Assembly (NCBI GenBank): GCA_013265495.1
Contig: MU062295.1
Coordinates: 930,001 to 994,000, forward strand
Length of the DNA: 64,000 nucleotides
Source: Vicugna vicugna
Lineage: Eukaryota
Reading direction: 5' to 3'
In this document: piece after piece, positions 13,081 through 24,385 of the stretch
Numbering within the stretch: position 1 is the stretch's first letter
Layout: every line of letters starts with the position of its first letter
The notes under the pieces: generated by a model
Database searches by the model: none
Told to the model about the DNA's origin: nothing
The model's input: the letters and a program-made list of their open reading frames with translations, nothing else
Program-made: the position numbers and the translations under genes

Positions 13081-13819
13081 TTTTTTTCTTTTTTAAGCAT
13101 AATGGGGAGGGACTCAGAATACTGAAGCACTTGATCTAAAACAGTGCATTGGGACTGGCCTTTAAGCTAGATCTTATGCAAAAACAGTTCCTCTGTGTCT
13201 AGATTTAAAGATGTTCCTGAAGAAAGGGATGAAGTGGGCTACCTTAGCAGATGCAAAATGAGTGCAGAGTCTAGAAGGGCCTTCAGCTCCTTGGAGCTCT
13301 GTGAGCATCCAGGTGAATCCCCAGCTGCTTTTCTGGAGACCTGCAGGGAGAGCAGGCAGACGGGCTGGTGAGTTGTGGTAGGCCATAGGAAGAGGGCTGA
13401 AGGCCCAGGAAACTGGATGTCTTGTTTACTCAGGTGACTGCCGTCCTCAAACCATGCTGGCTTTACTCAGCATCACTGCAGCTGAATTCAGTTTTCCAAC
13501 AGTACCAGTCATCTACTGTGCTCCTGGTACTCCTCACTCTTCTAGAGCTTGGAATCTGTCCAGGAACAAAACAAAGATCCCTTCCCTGGTGGAGCTTCTG
13601 TTTTAGCACAAGGGAGGAGGCAGGGAGAGAAAATAAGCAGTCCTGGGTGGGTTATAGAGCATACTAGAAGGTGGTAACTATTATGGAGGAAAAAAATAGG
13701 ACCAGGTGGGGGGACCTAGAATTCAGGAAATGGTGTAATGTGTGGGAGAGGGAGTGTTGCTAAATACTCTGAGTTCTCAAATGATGTGATTGTATTGCAA
13801 CCAATCCCCTGTTTGAATT

Positions 13820-14095
13820 TTCTTTTTCTACTACCAGATTCTCTCCCTCATCATTCCTTTCTGCTTTTCCCTGATTTCCTGTCTCTTCTCTCCTTCATTT
13901 TAACCTTCCTTTTTTCTCTTTCTTCAATTAATTCACCCTTTCTTTTTTCTTTTCTAATTCCCCCTTTCTTATTTACCTATCCTCTCTGGCGCCATTTTCT
14001 TCATCAGTGGCTCTTTAATCTTTTTCCTTATCTTCCTTTCCTTCCTCCCTCATCATTTTTATTTTTCTCTCCCATTCTTTCTGGCTATTTGTCCT
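13820..14095 (+). repeat. Pyrimidine-rich low-complexity tract
   Basis: About 270 bp dominated by C/T, with no clear repeat unit. Confidence 0.7.
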
Positions 14096-15380
14096 TATGT
14101 GGCTTTTCTGTGGAACTGAAGTTCATATGATTCAAGTTCATGTGGCTTTTGTCATATTGTTTGCGTGATAAATGCTTTCTATTCTAAATGAAACCAAACT
14201 TTCTTTAGGAACCCAGCAGGATGCAAATGGAAACAAGCCCTGATTTACTGACTCTCACCTCATCTGTTCACGCAGGTCTAAGCCCCAAATATTTCTGGAA
14301 GTTCCAGTAAGTTCCTGACATGTGTTCATGAGCAAGTCTGTTCTACCAAGGACTGCTGTCCTCCATGCACTCTTTCAGGGGACCATCGTTAAGACCTGAG
14401 GTATCTCCAGAGCTCTAGGTTTGCCTGGAGACTAGGGCAGAATGCCTTCCTTTGTCTTTGTCTTTGGAATTATATTGTTATAATGGTTGCCAAGAGTATT
14501 GCATGTGCCCCATCCTTTTATACGGATCTTGGTAAAGCAGCTTTTTTGGATTATATTTTTACAGCTTCATTTCTTCATAGGACCCAAATGTGAGATCTGG
14601 CTTAGAACATACTCCAGAATGACAGGCACGGTATTACCCCCAATCACCTCGTCCACCAACAACTCAGCCTTGTTACTGGGTCAGCTCTTTAAGTCTGCTC
14701 CTTCTTGCTTTAGAATGAATATCTCTAGCCCAGGAGGCTTCTCAGTCATTACACAGACTTCCATTTAGCCTGGCCCATCAGTGTCAGTGCCTGGACACAT
14801 CTCAGTTCCAAGAAGACACAACTTGACTTCAACTCAGGAGTCCCCCCCTGAAAGTTCATGAGGCAGACAAGTTGAAATTTACATTTCTAATTTAAAAAAC
14901 CACACAAAGATAAAAATCATGTTGCTTTTGTATTTTATATCATCTAGTAAGATATAACCATGATTAATTTTTGTAGGTTTCAACATGTATTATTTCATTT
15001 AATTTTTAAGTTGAGTGTCATTGGTCCCTGATGAAAATTTTTGCTAATTCTAGAAAATATACTAAGAATTATGATTGCTAGAAATTGAGAGGCTCTTCTA
15101 AAATGTGTATGGAAATGCAGAGGGCTAGGCATATAGTAGAAAAAACTGGGTGCTAGTTATGTTTTGCTTATTGATCTGGGTGCTAGCTATACTGGTGTGC
15201 TTGTTTTGTGAAAATTCTTCATGTGGTATGCTACACTTTGTAACATTTTTATGTGTATGTCGCACCAGAGAGAAAATTTTGCTTAAAATAATGAAATAAA
15301 AAATAAGCTGGAAATATTTGGGTAAGAATTACAAGATTGAACTTAGATATTTGTACCATCATTTATTGCATTAAGTCTTT

Positions 15381-15447
15381 TTCTCTTTTTTTGGTGGGGA
15401 AAGAGGTAATTAGGTTTTTTATTTATTTTTAATAGAGGTACTGGGGA
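15381..15447 (-). mobile_element. 5'-truncated camelid tRNA-Ala SINE
   Basis: Only tccccagtacctc plus the aaacctaattacctc tail; perfect 12-bp TSD cattaagtcttt at 15369-15380 and 15448-15459. Confidence 0.85.
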
Positions 15448-15542
15448 CATTAAGTCTTTACAAAAAGAAATCACACACAAACAGATGAAAGTAGAGCTAT
15501 AAAGAATACATCAAAATGATGACTGATTACCAAGTACTGACA

Positions 15543-16615
15543 CACTGCACAGCACAGGAGACCACTGACAAAATGAAAACCTACTGAATGGGAGAATGTA
15601 TTTGCAATGATATGACCAATAAAGGGTTAGTGTTCAAAATATATAAACAACTCATACAACTCAGTATCAAAAAAACAAACCACCCAGTCAAAAAATGGGC
15701 AGAAGACCTGAATAGACATTTTTCTAAAGAAGACATCCAGATGGCCAGCAGACACATGAAAAGATGCCCAGTGTCATCGATCATCAGAGGAATGCAAATC
15801 AAAACCACGAGATACTAACTCACACCTGCCAGAATGGCNNNNNNNNNNNNNNNNNNNNNNNNNNNNNNNNNNNNNNNNNNNNNNNNNNNNNNNNNNNNNN
15901 NNNNNNNNNNNNNNNNNNNNNNNNNNNNNNNNNNNNNNNNNNNNNNNNNNNNNNNNNNNNNNNNNNNNNNNNNNNNNNNNNNNNNNNNNNNNNNNNNNNN
16001 NNNNNNNNNNNNNNNNNNCAAAAACACTAATTTGAAAAGATANNNNNNNNNNNNNNNNNNNNNNNNNNNNNNNNNNNNNNNNNNNNNNNNNNNNNNNNNN
16101 NNNNNNNNNNNNNNNNNNNNNNNNNNNNNNNNNNNNNNNNNNNNNNNNNNNNNNNNNNNNNNNNNNNNNNNNNNNNNNNNNNNNNNNNNNNNNNNNNNNN
16201 NNNNNNNNNNNNNNNNNNNNNNNNNNNNNNNNNNNNNNNNNNNNNNNNNNNNNNNNNNNNNATACTTAGTGAAATAAGTCAGAGAAAGACAAAAACTGTA
16301 TGTTACCACTTATACGTGGAATCTAAAAAAATAAACAAATGAATATAACAAAATAGAAACAGACACACAGATATATTGAACAAACTAGTGGTTACCCGTG
16401 GGGAGAGAGAAAGGAGGAGGAGTAAGACAGGGGTAGGGAAATAAGAGGTACAAACTACTATGTATAAAATAAGCTACAAGGATCTGTTGTACAACACAGG
16501 GAATATAGCCAATATTTTACAATAACTTTAAGTGGAGTATAATGTATAAAAAATTTGAATCACTATGTTGAAACTAATACAATATCATAAATCAACTATA
16601 TGCCAATTAAGAAAA
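15543..16615 (+). mobile_element. 5'-truncated L1 (ORF2 C-terminus plus 3'UTR), partly N
   Basis: ORF 15588-15818 gives [25 protein letters not shown] (L1 ORF2p); 3'UTR ends aaatcaactatatgccaatt-A. Confidence 0.9.
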
Positions 16616-16652
16616 AGTAGTGGCAGACTTAAAATTTAGCATTTTTACTGTA

Positions 16653-16658
16653 TTTAAT
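16653..16658 (-). terminator. Candidate distal polyadenylation signal ATTAAA
   Basis: Last hexamer before unique sequence gives way to an L1; a U-rich tract lies 35-50 nt downstream. Confidence 0.4.
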
Positions 16659-18091
16659 AGTTTTGTTCAGAAAGGACACATCAGAGTAGTTTAAAAGGCA
16701 ACACTACATCTCAAAAAATATGCACAAATATTTCCAAATGTACATGATTTGACTTTTTCCACTTGTTATTGAAATTCATATACAATACTGGAATCATATT
16801 CTACAGGTTAAAAATATAACAAAAGCTTTAATTTCAAGTAAAATTTTCATTGACAAACAGAATTAAATGTATGTTTACTATTCACAAGATACATGGAAGA
16901 GATAGTATTTCTAGAGTGTGCTTGGGAAACAAGTCAAATAGACTGTGGTCTTACGTAGCCACAGACAGACCCAAGATTTTACAAAACTCTAGCCTTTGAA
17001 ATGTAACTTTGGTATTTCCTTCAACTAATTAAAAAAAAAATGAGCAGTGCATATTTCCTCTATTGAACAGAGGTATTCATCCATTTTCTGCAAGACTATT
17101 ATATTCACTCTTTAGAGATATGATTTGTTGTCCTTGTAAGCAGGTATAACTGTGAAAATGAGATAGTGTTATAATCCTGGTTACGCTGTACCCAACAGGG
17201 GGAGAAATCTGTTCCACATCAATTAAAGACATTATAACCCATGAGCATGAAAGACTATTAGAACACCACAGTCCATTACAACTTCCTACAATTCCAATAT
17301 GTAGTATGGGAAGGGGGATGGAGAGGACGATGAGATTCTTTTAGTCAACCAGTTTGATATGATCACTAATGATATTCCTCCAGAAGTAGACAGAGACCTT
17401 ATTTCTGATTGTGTTTAAGAAGGAAAACAGAGACAAGACATGCTGTCTTTGGACAGCCAAACACATTTGGGAATTTCACACATCTGCCAAAGGTACAATG
17501 TAATTCTCAATCAAGTTAAGACATTGTCTTAGTTGGGGACCTGAGTATTTTTCTCTAGAAAAGTACAACTTCGTTCTCTCTAGTGTGAAATATATGAGAC
17601 CAGTCCAGAGGACCAAAGCCGTACACATGGTCATCATATTCAATGCCTGAAAATTGTTGGCACTTAGAAATGATCAAGTAAAAAATATTTTCTGGCCTAA
17701 CATATGGATTTTTTTTGAACTTACATATTTTCAATGTGTTTATTCCAAACTAAGTTTTTTCCTTTGATACTGAGTTCATTTAGAATGTTTTATCTTAACC
17801 AATATAGGCAGTTTGCTTTTTAGATTTTTTTTTTGAAAGGTAGTTAGAATCAGTTAAAGATCACTTCACATCCTGCTAAAATTTTATAGAAAAATATAAA
17901 CTTGTTTCAATCACCAGTCATAAACATATCAAAACAGATTTTTGTTCCAAATAACAATTCTTGTGTTAGATTTTAAATAGACCATGCTTAAATATATCTC
18001 TACGTAATGACAATTTCTATAAACTAAGATAAAGCAAACTGCATTTTTGAACTAAAGATAGTCTGTCATATATTTTAGTTGATCTTACTAG

Positions 18092-18606
18092 TGATGGGGA
18101 AAAATCATAAATTTTCCATGGCAGTACAATCAAACTAAGACAGAAAGAAAGACAAATGACATTCCCCCTTTGTGCTCGGCCTATCCTGGTGTGCACTATT
18201 CATCTACATAATGTATTAACCAGACATCCTCAAAGCAGGAGGATGAAATCAATCTTTGAGAATAGTTTGTCCCTTTTCTTCAGATGCCAGCATTGTAATT
18301 CTGTGGTTAATATTTCTTTTTCATGTCATACAGGGGGTCACATTTACCAAAGGCTTGTTCTGTATATGCATAACTCACTAACAGATGGTTTTTGATAAAC
18401 TGCACACAGTGCTAATCTGTCAATATGGTACATAAATAATTTGTCTCCAAAAAATGTATGAAACTGCATCTCTAACTCCTGATCAATGGAGCAGTTCTCA
18501 GAGCTTCTCAGAATCTATTTCCCAGGTTATAAGCCTCAATTTGGCTGAAATAAAATTCTCTTTTCTTTTTTTCTTAGCTTGATTGTTACTTGATTTTTCA
18601 TTGACA
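18092..18606 (+). mobile_element. Solo ERV1-like LTR inside the SLC26A4 3'UTR, antisense to the gene
   Basis: TG...CA termini; 4-bp near-TSD ctag (18088-18091)/cttg (18607-18610); gagcagttctcagagct...cctcaatttggctgaAATAAAattctc (18549-18554)...ttttcattgaca LTR end. Confidence 0.7.
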
Positions 18607-19386
18607 CTTGTGATCCTTGACTATTATCGTATTGAAAAATGGTTTCTGTAAACCACAGTAATCTTATCACTTCACTTCTCTGAGTCAATATTTCTAAAAT
18701 GTTATCAGCCCAGTTCTGTAGCTTTTAAGTGAACCATTTCCTTTATTCTGAATTCTGGTTACATATCTGGTCATATATAGTAATACCTCATTATTAAGCA
18801 CTAACCAAGTACACATTAAAAAAATTTATTTTTGTATTTACCAAGAGGGATTTTTAAAGGCATGTATTGATAAGTACATTAGTAATTATAGTTCAGCATT
18901 TATTCATCGTGACCTTACACTGTGATCAGTGCAGCTCATGGGTCTCAAGGTCAGTCAGAAATAGAATTTTCTGTAGGATAATCACTCCTGACTCACCTGT
19001 CCACAGAGGCTGTTGGGCGACTCTTGCCCTAGCTGCAGGGAGGTACACGCGCACCCACGTGAACACTGTTGGCAAGTCCATGATGGGGAACAGCAGCAGA
19101 ACATCAGCAGGTCCTGGATGTTGCTAAATTCTCCTCACCATTTTGCACATTTTAGAAGTAAGCTACTCATATTATAAATAAAGCCTCAAAACAAACTTAG
19201 CGCTTTTCTTTCAATGGTTGAGAGGTTAAAAAGAAAAATCCAAGAGTTTAAAAAAATAGAACAGAAAACGAATGAGTGCTTCAAGTTCAAAGAAAATAGT
19301 CAATGCAGAAAATATTTGCATAGAATTACGTGGTAGGTAACTTTTGCTTTCCAGTCCTGGCTTAGCATGACCTCCTGAGCCCAGTT

Positions 19387-19410
19387 TCAGGAAGCAAGTC
19401 TTCGCATAGC
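19387..19410 (-). CDS. SLC26A4: Pendrin exon 21 coding part: AMRRLAS-stop
   Basis: ttcacag|GCT ATG CGA AGA CTT GCT TCC TGA. Exons 3-21 total 2179 nt; with a 164-nt exon 2 this gives a 780-aa protein. Confidence 0.96.
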   Translation of the reverse strand, partial: AMRRLAS

Positions 19411-21485
19411 CTGTGAAAGCCAAGGGGAAACAGCCTTGATGCAACTGAATTCTCTTTAAGTCTACCTTACTTTTTTTGCAACTATGTTTTTGTACTGTTG
19501 GTTACTTACATATACTCATCTTAGGTGTACAGCTTCACAATAAAAGAAGGGTAAAAACTTCATTTTGTACCTCATCATACTTTAACTGGATGTATTTTAA
19601 AAGCAATAATTACTATTTCTTGAATAATTATACTATGTACAAGACACCACTTTATTACTTTACATGCACCTATTAATTTGCATAACTCTGTGAAAAACAT
19701 GAAAAACTAAAATGAAGACAGGGTAAGTAATTTGCCCTGGGCTACCTAGCCAGTGTGTTGCAGAAGCACTCAAATCTGTCTGGTTCTAAAGCCCATACCA
19801 TTAAAACCACTCTGCCATACTGCGTCCCTATGTACAGGAACCCTACCTGAATCATGATTTTATGCAGCATCAAAAATGCTTTTATAGTGTAGCAACTTCT
19901 TAAATTCCAATTTTGATGTATGAGTTTTTACTCAGCTAAGTTGGCCCTGTATCCTCAGTCATAAGCTACTGAATCTGGAAGGACTTCCCAGCTCAATAAT
20001 GACGTTTCTGGGCTCAGTAAGCTGATGGACTAAATGCAGAACCTCCAGTAGTATATTTCTCCCATAAGAATCTTCTCTGCCTCTCATCCTCGCTGCCTGA
20101 TTTTATCATTGCAGTTTGAATGTTATTCTTTTCAACATTTTTATCAGGAAGTAGAATAAGTCAGAGAAGGCCTGCCTATCCAAATTTGCATATGGCACCC
20201 GTATGGTGTATATTTAATATGCTGGATGATAGATTCAGAAATCAAAATAATGCCAATAAACTGGAACCAATCAGCTGTAATCTAGCAGGAGAATTTGTAG
20301 TTCTGCATTAGGGTCAAAGCCAATCACATAAATATAAATGGGGGAGCCCAGCTAGACCATAGTTCATGTGAAAATGCCCAAGTCTTTTGTTGACCCCTGC
20401 TCAATAGAAGCAGAGATTCTGATGTAGTTATTATGAAAATAAACCTGCTTTTAAGTCGCAGTAATGGCAATATCTTGATGAGATCAAGGTAGGTCATAGT
20501 TGACCCTATGTGAGGTTTTGTGTCCCCTTCTTGACCAGGGATGGATTGACAAATTTCATGTCTATGAGGAACGGTGAAGAACTGGAGGAGTCTCGCGTGG
20601 GGTGGAGTCTGCTGGAGACATGAGAGCTCCTTTCAGATATTTAAGGGCTGTTCCGAGAAGGCAACACAAAGGGTCTCAGTCCACTGGGTGGTCATTGGAG
20701 AAAGACTGAGTCTAATTTGTAAGCACAATGAACACTTGGAGACTTTCAACTGTGTAACAAACTCCCTTGAAAAGCTACTTGTTGCCAATATCTGGAAATG
20801 TTCACACAAAAGCTGAGGTAATATCCTTAGGGATAAGGTAGGAGAGATTTCAGCATGGCCCAGGGTATGGGACTATTTGACTTCTAAGACTTCTTTCAAC
20901 TTTAAAATTCTATGATTTTCTTTTGTTGGTCCCATTTCACTGAATGATGGAGCCACAAAGTTCACTCAGATACTGGAAGTTTCATTCATGTTTCCTAGGA
21001 ATGGTCTGAAGCCCCAAGAACATCAGAAATACACAGAATCAGCCTGGAAATTGTGAGAGTCTCTTTTTTAAGCCATTATTAGTCAGATAAAGAAAGGTCA
21101 TGAGGTTCCTGTTCCTCACGTACTGTTTCTGAAGCTTAAGAAACTCCTGGGTTAAAAATTCCTACTATTCACCTTTCTCCTATCCAACGGAACTTAGGTC
21201 TCTGGAAGAGAAAGTATGAGAGGCCTCTGTATAAAGTCAGGACCAGCGTGTTGGCTGCTTCTAGATACTGATCACACCTGTATGCCTGGGGCAAAAGGTC
21301 CCCCCAGGTACTTAGTATCTTCAAAGGAGAATTCTTGTTTTCTATTTTCCCCGTTCAATGAAGCCATCCTCTTGGAATTTTTTTAACAATTATTTTCCCT
21401 GAGTAGTTTTTATCAGACATAGTCACTACATGTATTATTCTATTTAATCCAAAGTATTTTCTTTGAAAGAAAATAATGATCGTAC

Positions 21486-21569
21486 CTCATCTTGCACATC
21501 AAGTTCTTCTTCAATCAGCTCTGCTTCCATTAACTCGAGAGGATCTTTACAGTCCTGGATGAGGGTGAT
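21486..21569 (-). CDS. SLC26A4: Pendrin exon 20 (84 nt): [28 protein letters not shown]
   Basis: Acidic C-terminal tail; ctgtcaag acceptor, GAG|gtacga donor. Confidence 0.96.
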
Positions 21570-22196
21570 CTTGACAGAACACAGAGTATTTATTGGAAGT
21601 AAAATAGCATCAACTCACTTGGTACTAAGAATGATTTGCTGGTGCCTCTCGTCTGTAATCTGTACTTCAAAGTCCTTTTCAGCTCTCTTGTCCTTTTCTA
21701 TTTCCCACTTAGAATTTTCCCCTTATCATTTCTTCATTTCAGGTGTGAACTGGTATAGCTCTCCATTGTTTAACCTCCCTTGCAGCTCTCTTCCCCAACC
21801 TCTGAAGTGCATGCCTCTTAATGAGTCACCCCGTCTGCCTAACCGAGTCAGCAGTCAGTGGTGTTTTTCTTTCAATGGCTAAGCTAAAGCACTCAGTACA
21901 GCACTGAGGATGCAGTGAAGGCCCGGTGAAGGGTTCGTGACTGATGACAATAAACAGTCTCAGGTTGAATTGGGTGGGGCTTAATTTTATTGGAGATGGA
22001 AACCAACATGTATGGACCAAGTAGGTTGTTTGGGAAAGTTCTGCTGTTTAACAGTAGTTTGTAAAGCCAGCAGCAACCTGGACTTTGTCCTATGTACAAA
22101 GAATATCCCCGGAGCAACTCTAAATGTGTATCAAGGCAAGAGTGACATTTCAAAATGCTTCCTAGCTACTTTTCATCTCACAAATAAGTAAGCAGT

Positions 22197-22323
22197 GGGG
22201 GAGCTCATAGCTCAGTGGCAGAGTGCATGCCTAGCATACACGAGGTCCTGGGTTCAATCCCCAGTACCTCCATTAAAAAAAAAAATCCCTAGTTACTCCT
22301 ACCTCCAAAAAAGCAAATAAATA
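22197..22323 (+). mobile_element. Camelid tRNA-Ala-derived SINE (intron 19)
   Basis: tagctcagtggcagagtgcatgcctagc...ggttcaatccccagtacctcca, A-rich tail; degenerate TSD caaataa..taa.cagt. Confidence 0.9.
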
Positions 22324-23363
22324 ACCCAGTTCTCTTTATATGACCCTGCTTTGCTATTGTTATAAACGGGTTAGAGAATTTTAAGTTAGATTTAAAAAAA
22401 AAAGTTTATGAGTTTTCAAAGCTGAGCATCTTGCATGTAGTTTTTGTTTTTGTATTTAAGATCCACATTTTGGTATTTAGGACTAGTATTTTTTCCAATA
22501 GCATTAAGCAGAACAATCTCTTCACTAAAAATAGCTAAGAAGAATGTATTATTGTTTTCTAAATTAGTTTTACTTCAAATATTAACTTCCCAACTGCAGG
22601 AAGACTCTACTTATCCTACTTGGAGGAAAGAAAAAAAAAAAAAAGGAAAGCAATTTAAACTACAGTAGGCTGTGTCACTGGAATAATAATTATTGTTGTT
22701 ATTTTTATAAAGTATTTGTTTTAGTTTCTCAAATTCATGGTGAGATGAGGCTCTTGTACCAGGCTGTAGGCCCAGCCCAGTGACCCACACCAGAATGCTC
22801 AACTCTCCTGGCTGTTTTACAGGAGAAACGACAAAATATGGAGGCCTGTGGGAAATCGCGGTCTATTTTGTTTTGTGGGGAACAGTTAATTCTGGGCTGA
22901 TTGATGGCTTTTAATATTTTTCTTTTGGTTTTTCAAAGGTCACTTACACCTAATGGATCCTATTTAGAGACATTTATAATTGAGAGTTTCCAGACTGCTG
23001 AGAATTTAAAATGCAGTTTATATACGAATTACAGAAGATCCAAGATTCAGTGCCTATATTCTCAAGTCACTATAGCTAATGCCCACTTTTATTAGTAAAC
23101 TCACACGTTGGAGAATTAATACATACTAGGTACTACCAGTTACTTTCCTATAAACTGTCATATTTAGTCTTTATCGCTCCCCAGCAAGGTGCATGTTTTT
23201 ACTCCCATTTTACTGATGAGAAAACTGAGGCTATAAGAAATCAAGCAGATGGCTTGAAATCCCAGTAGGCTGGGATTCAAACCTAGATTTGTGGAATTTT
23301 TGCCATTTACAGAAAGCATGATAGTTTAGGAAAGACACATACATAGAAAGGTCGAATGCTTAC

Positions 23364-23509
23364 TGTTTCTAAGATGGAATCTTGAACCTCTTGGGATTTA
23401 ACCTGGCTCTGTAGATGGAGGACAGCATCATGGACGGTCAGGAAGAATATGTCCTTCCTAATGTTGTCATTAAAGAAGCCACATTTCTCCAGCTTTTCTA
23501 TCACATGAT
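23364..23509 (-). CDS. SLC26A4: Pendrin exon 19 (146 nt): [49 protein letters not shown]
   Basis: FLTVHDA motif (ORF 23307-23504); tttgaag acceptor, ACA|gtaagc donor. Confidence 0.98.
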
Positions 23510-23696
23510 CTTCAAAAGAAAGAGAGAATGTTTAGTCTCTAAGAAAAGACATTTTTGTAATGCCAACCAATAGTAAGTTGTGGTTCCTCCTCTTTTTAGT
23601 GTTTTGTTTTGTTTTTTTCTCATTTCCAAAATATGAGCCTGCTCTAAACAGAGTTTCTTTTCCAGTAGCCTATGGAATGGCTATACCCTAACTGGC

Positions 23697-24110
23697 TGTA
23701 GGAGACGGCCTTGTTTCCCCAGCCACGTCCCCTCTGCCGGGGACTCATTCTCCAGCTGCCCTGGGTCTGGCTGCTGATGGTTCACAGCTGTGCCCTTTTC
23801 TAGAGAACTTTCTTTCAGGACCTGGGGGGTTACACCACCCCCTTGGGGTGGCCTGCAGCCACTGACTGACTGATACGGAGGTACAAGGGCCAGCGCCCTG
23901 ACCTCGAGGAGGGGTGACCATCTGGTGCTTTTCCTGCTGTGTGCTCCCATGGACTTGGGCTAAGGTAAATTCTGAAACCATGTCTTTGTCTTCGTTTCCT
24001 GTCCTATCCTACTCCCCTTGCTCCTTCCTAAATTTTCCAGAGTGTATCTCAATAAATCACTTATGCAAGAATCTTTATCTCTATTCTTCTAGAAAACTCA
24101 GCCTAAACTC
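23697..24110 (+). mobile_element. ERVL solo LTR (LTR16/LTR33-like), intron 18
   Basis: tgtaggag start; tgactgatacggaggtacaaggg; aataaatcacttatgcaagaatc...ctagaaaactcagcctaaac end. Confidence 0.65.
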
Positions 24111-24385
24111 TAGTATTTTCCTACACGTGAACACTTGCACATAGACACAGACTCATACCGGTAGTTCCTCTAGTTCTAAGGGCTCTAAGTCATCTCCGTC
24201 TCTGATCTCTGCATGGTAATTCTCCCCATGGATCCTGCACTGCTGTCAGGACAGAGGCTTCCATGCCTTACCAGCTCTGTGGTACAAATTGGATATAATC
24301 TTTCTAGGTTCAAAAAGGCTTTCCAAGTGATTGCCTCATAGGTAGAGTTTCTGTTTGTGGCGATGAAATTTTTGAAAACAGATGT

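Larger units (their letters stand above)
16630..19386 (-). other. SLC26A4: SLC26A4 3'UTR (~2.75 kb); distal end inferred
   Basis: Follows the stop codon; AT-rich and resembles the human 3'UTR as I recall it. Minus-strand poly(A) hexamers: AATAAA at 18825-18830, 18742-18747, 17739-17744; ATTAAA at 16827-16832, 16653-16658. Confidence 0.6.

Noticed and set aside
17960-18091. Longer 643-bp LTR starting at 17964 with a perfect cttg TSD
   Set aside because: 17964-18085 matches the native 3'UTR as I recall it from human. The TG at 18092 with a one-mismatch TSD fits better.
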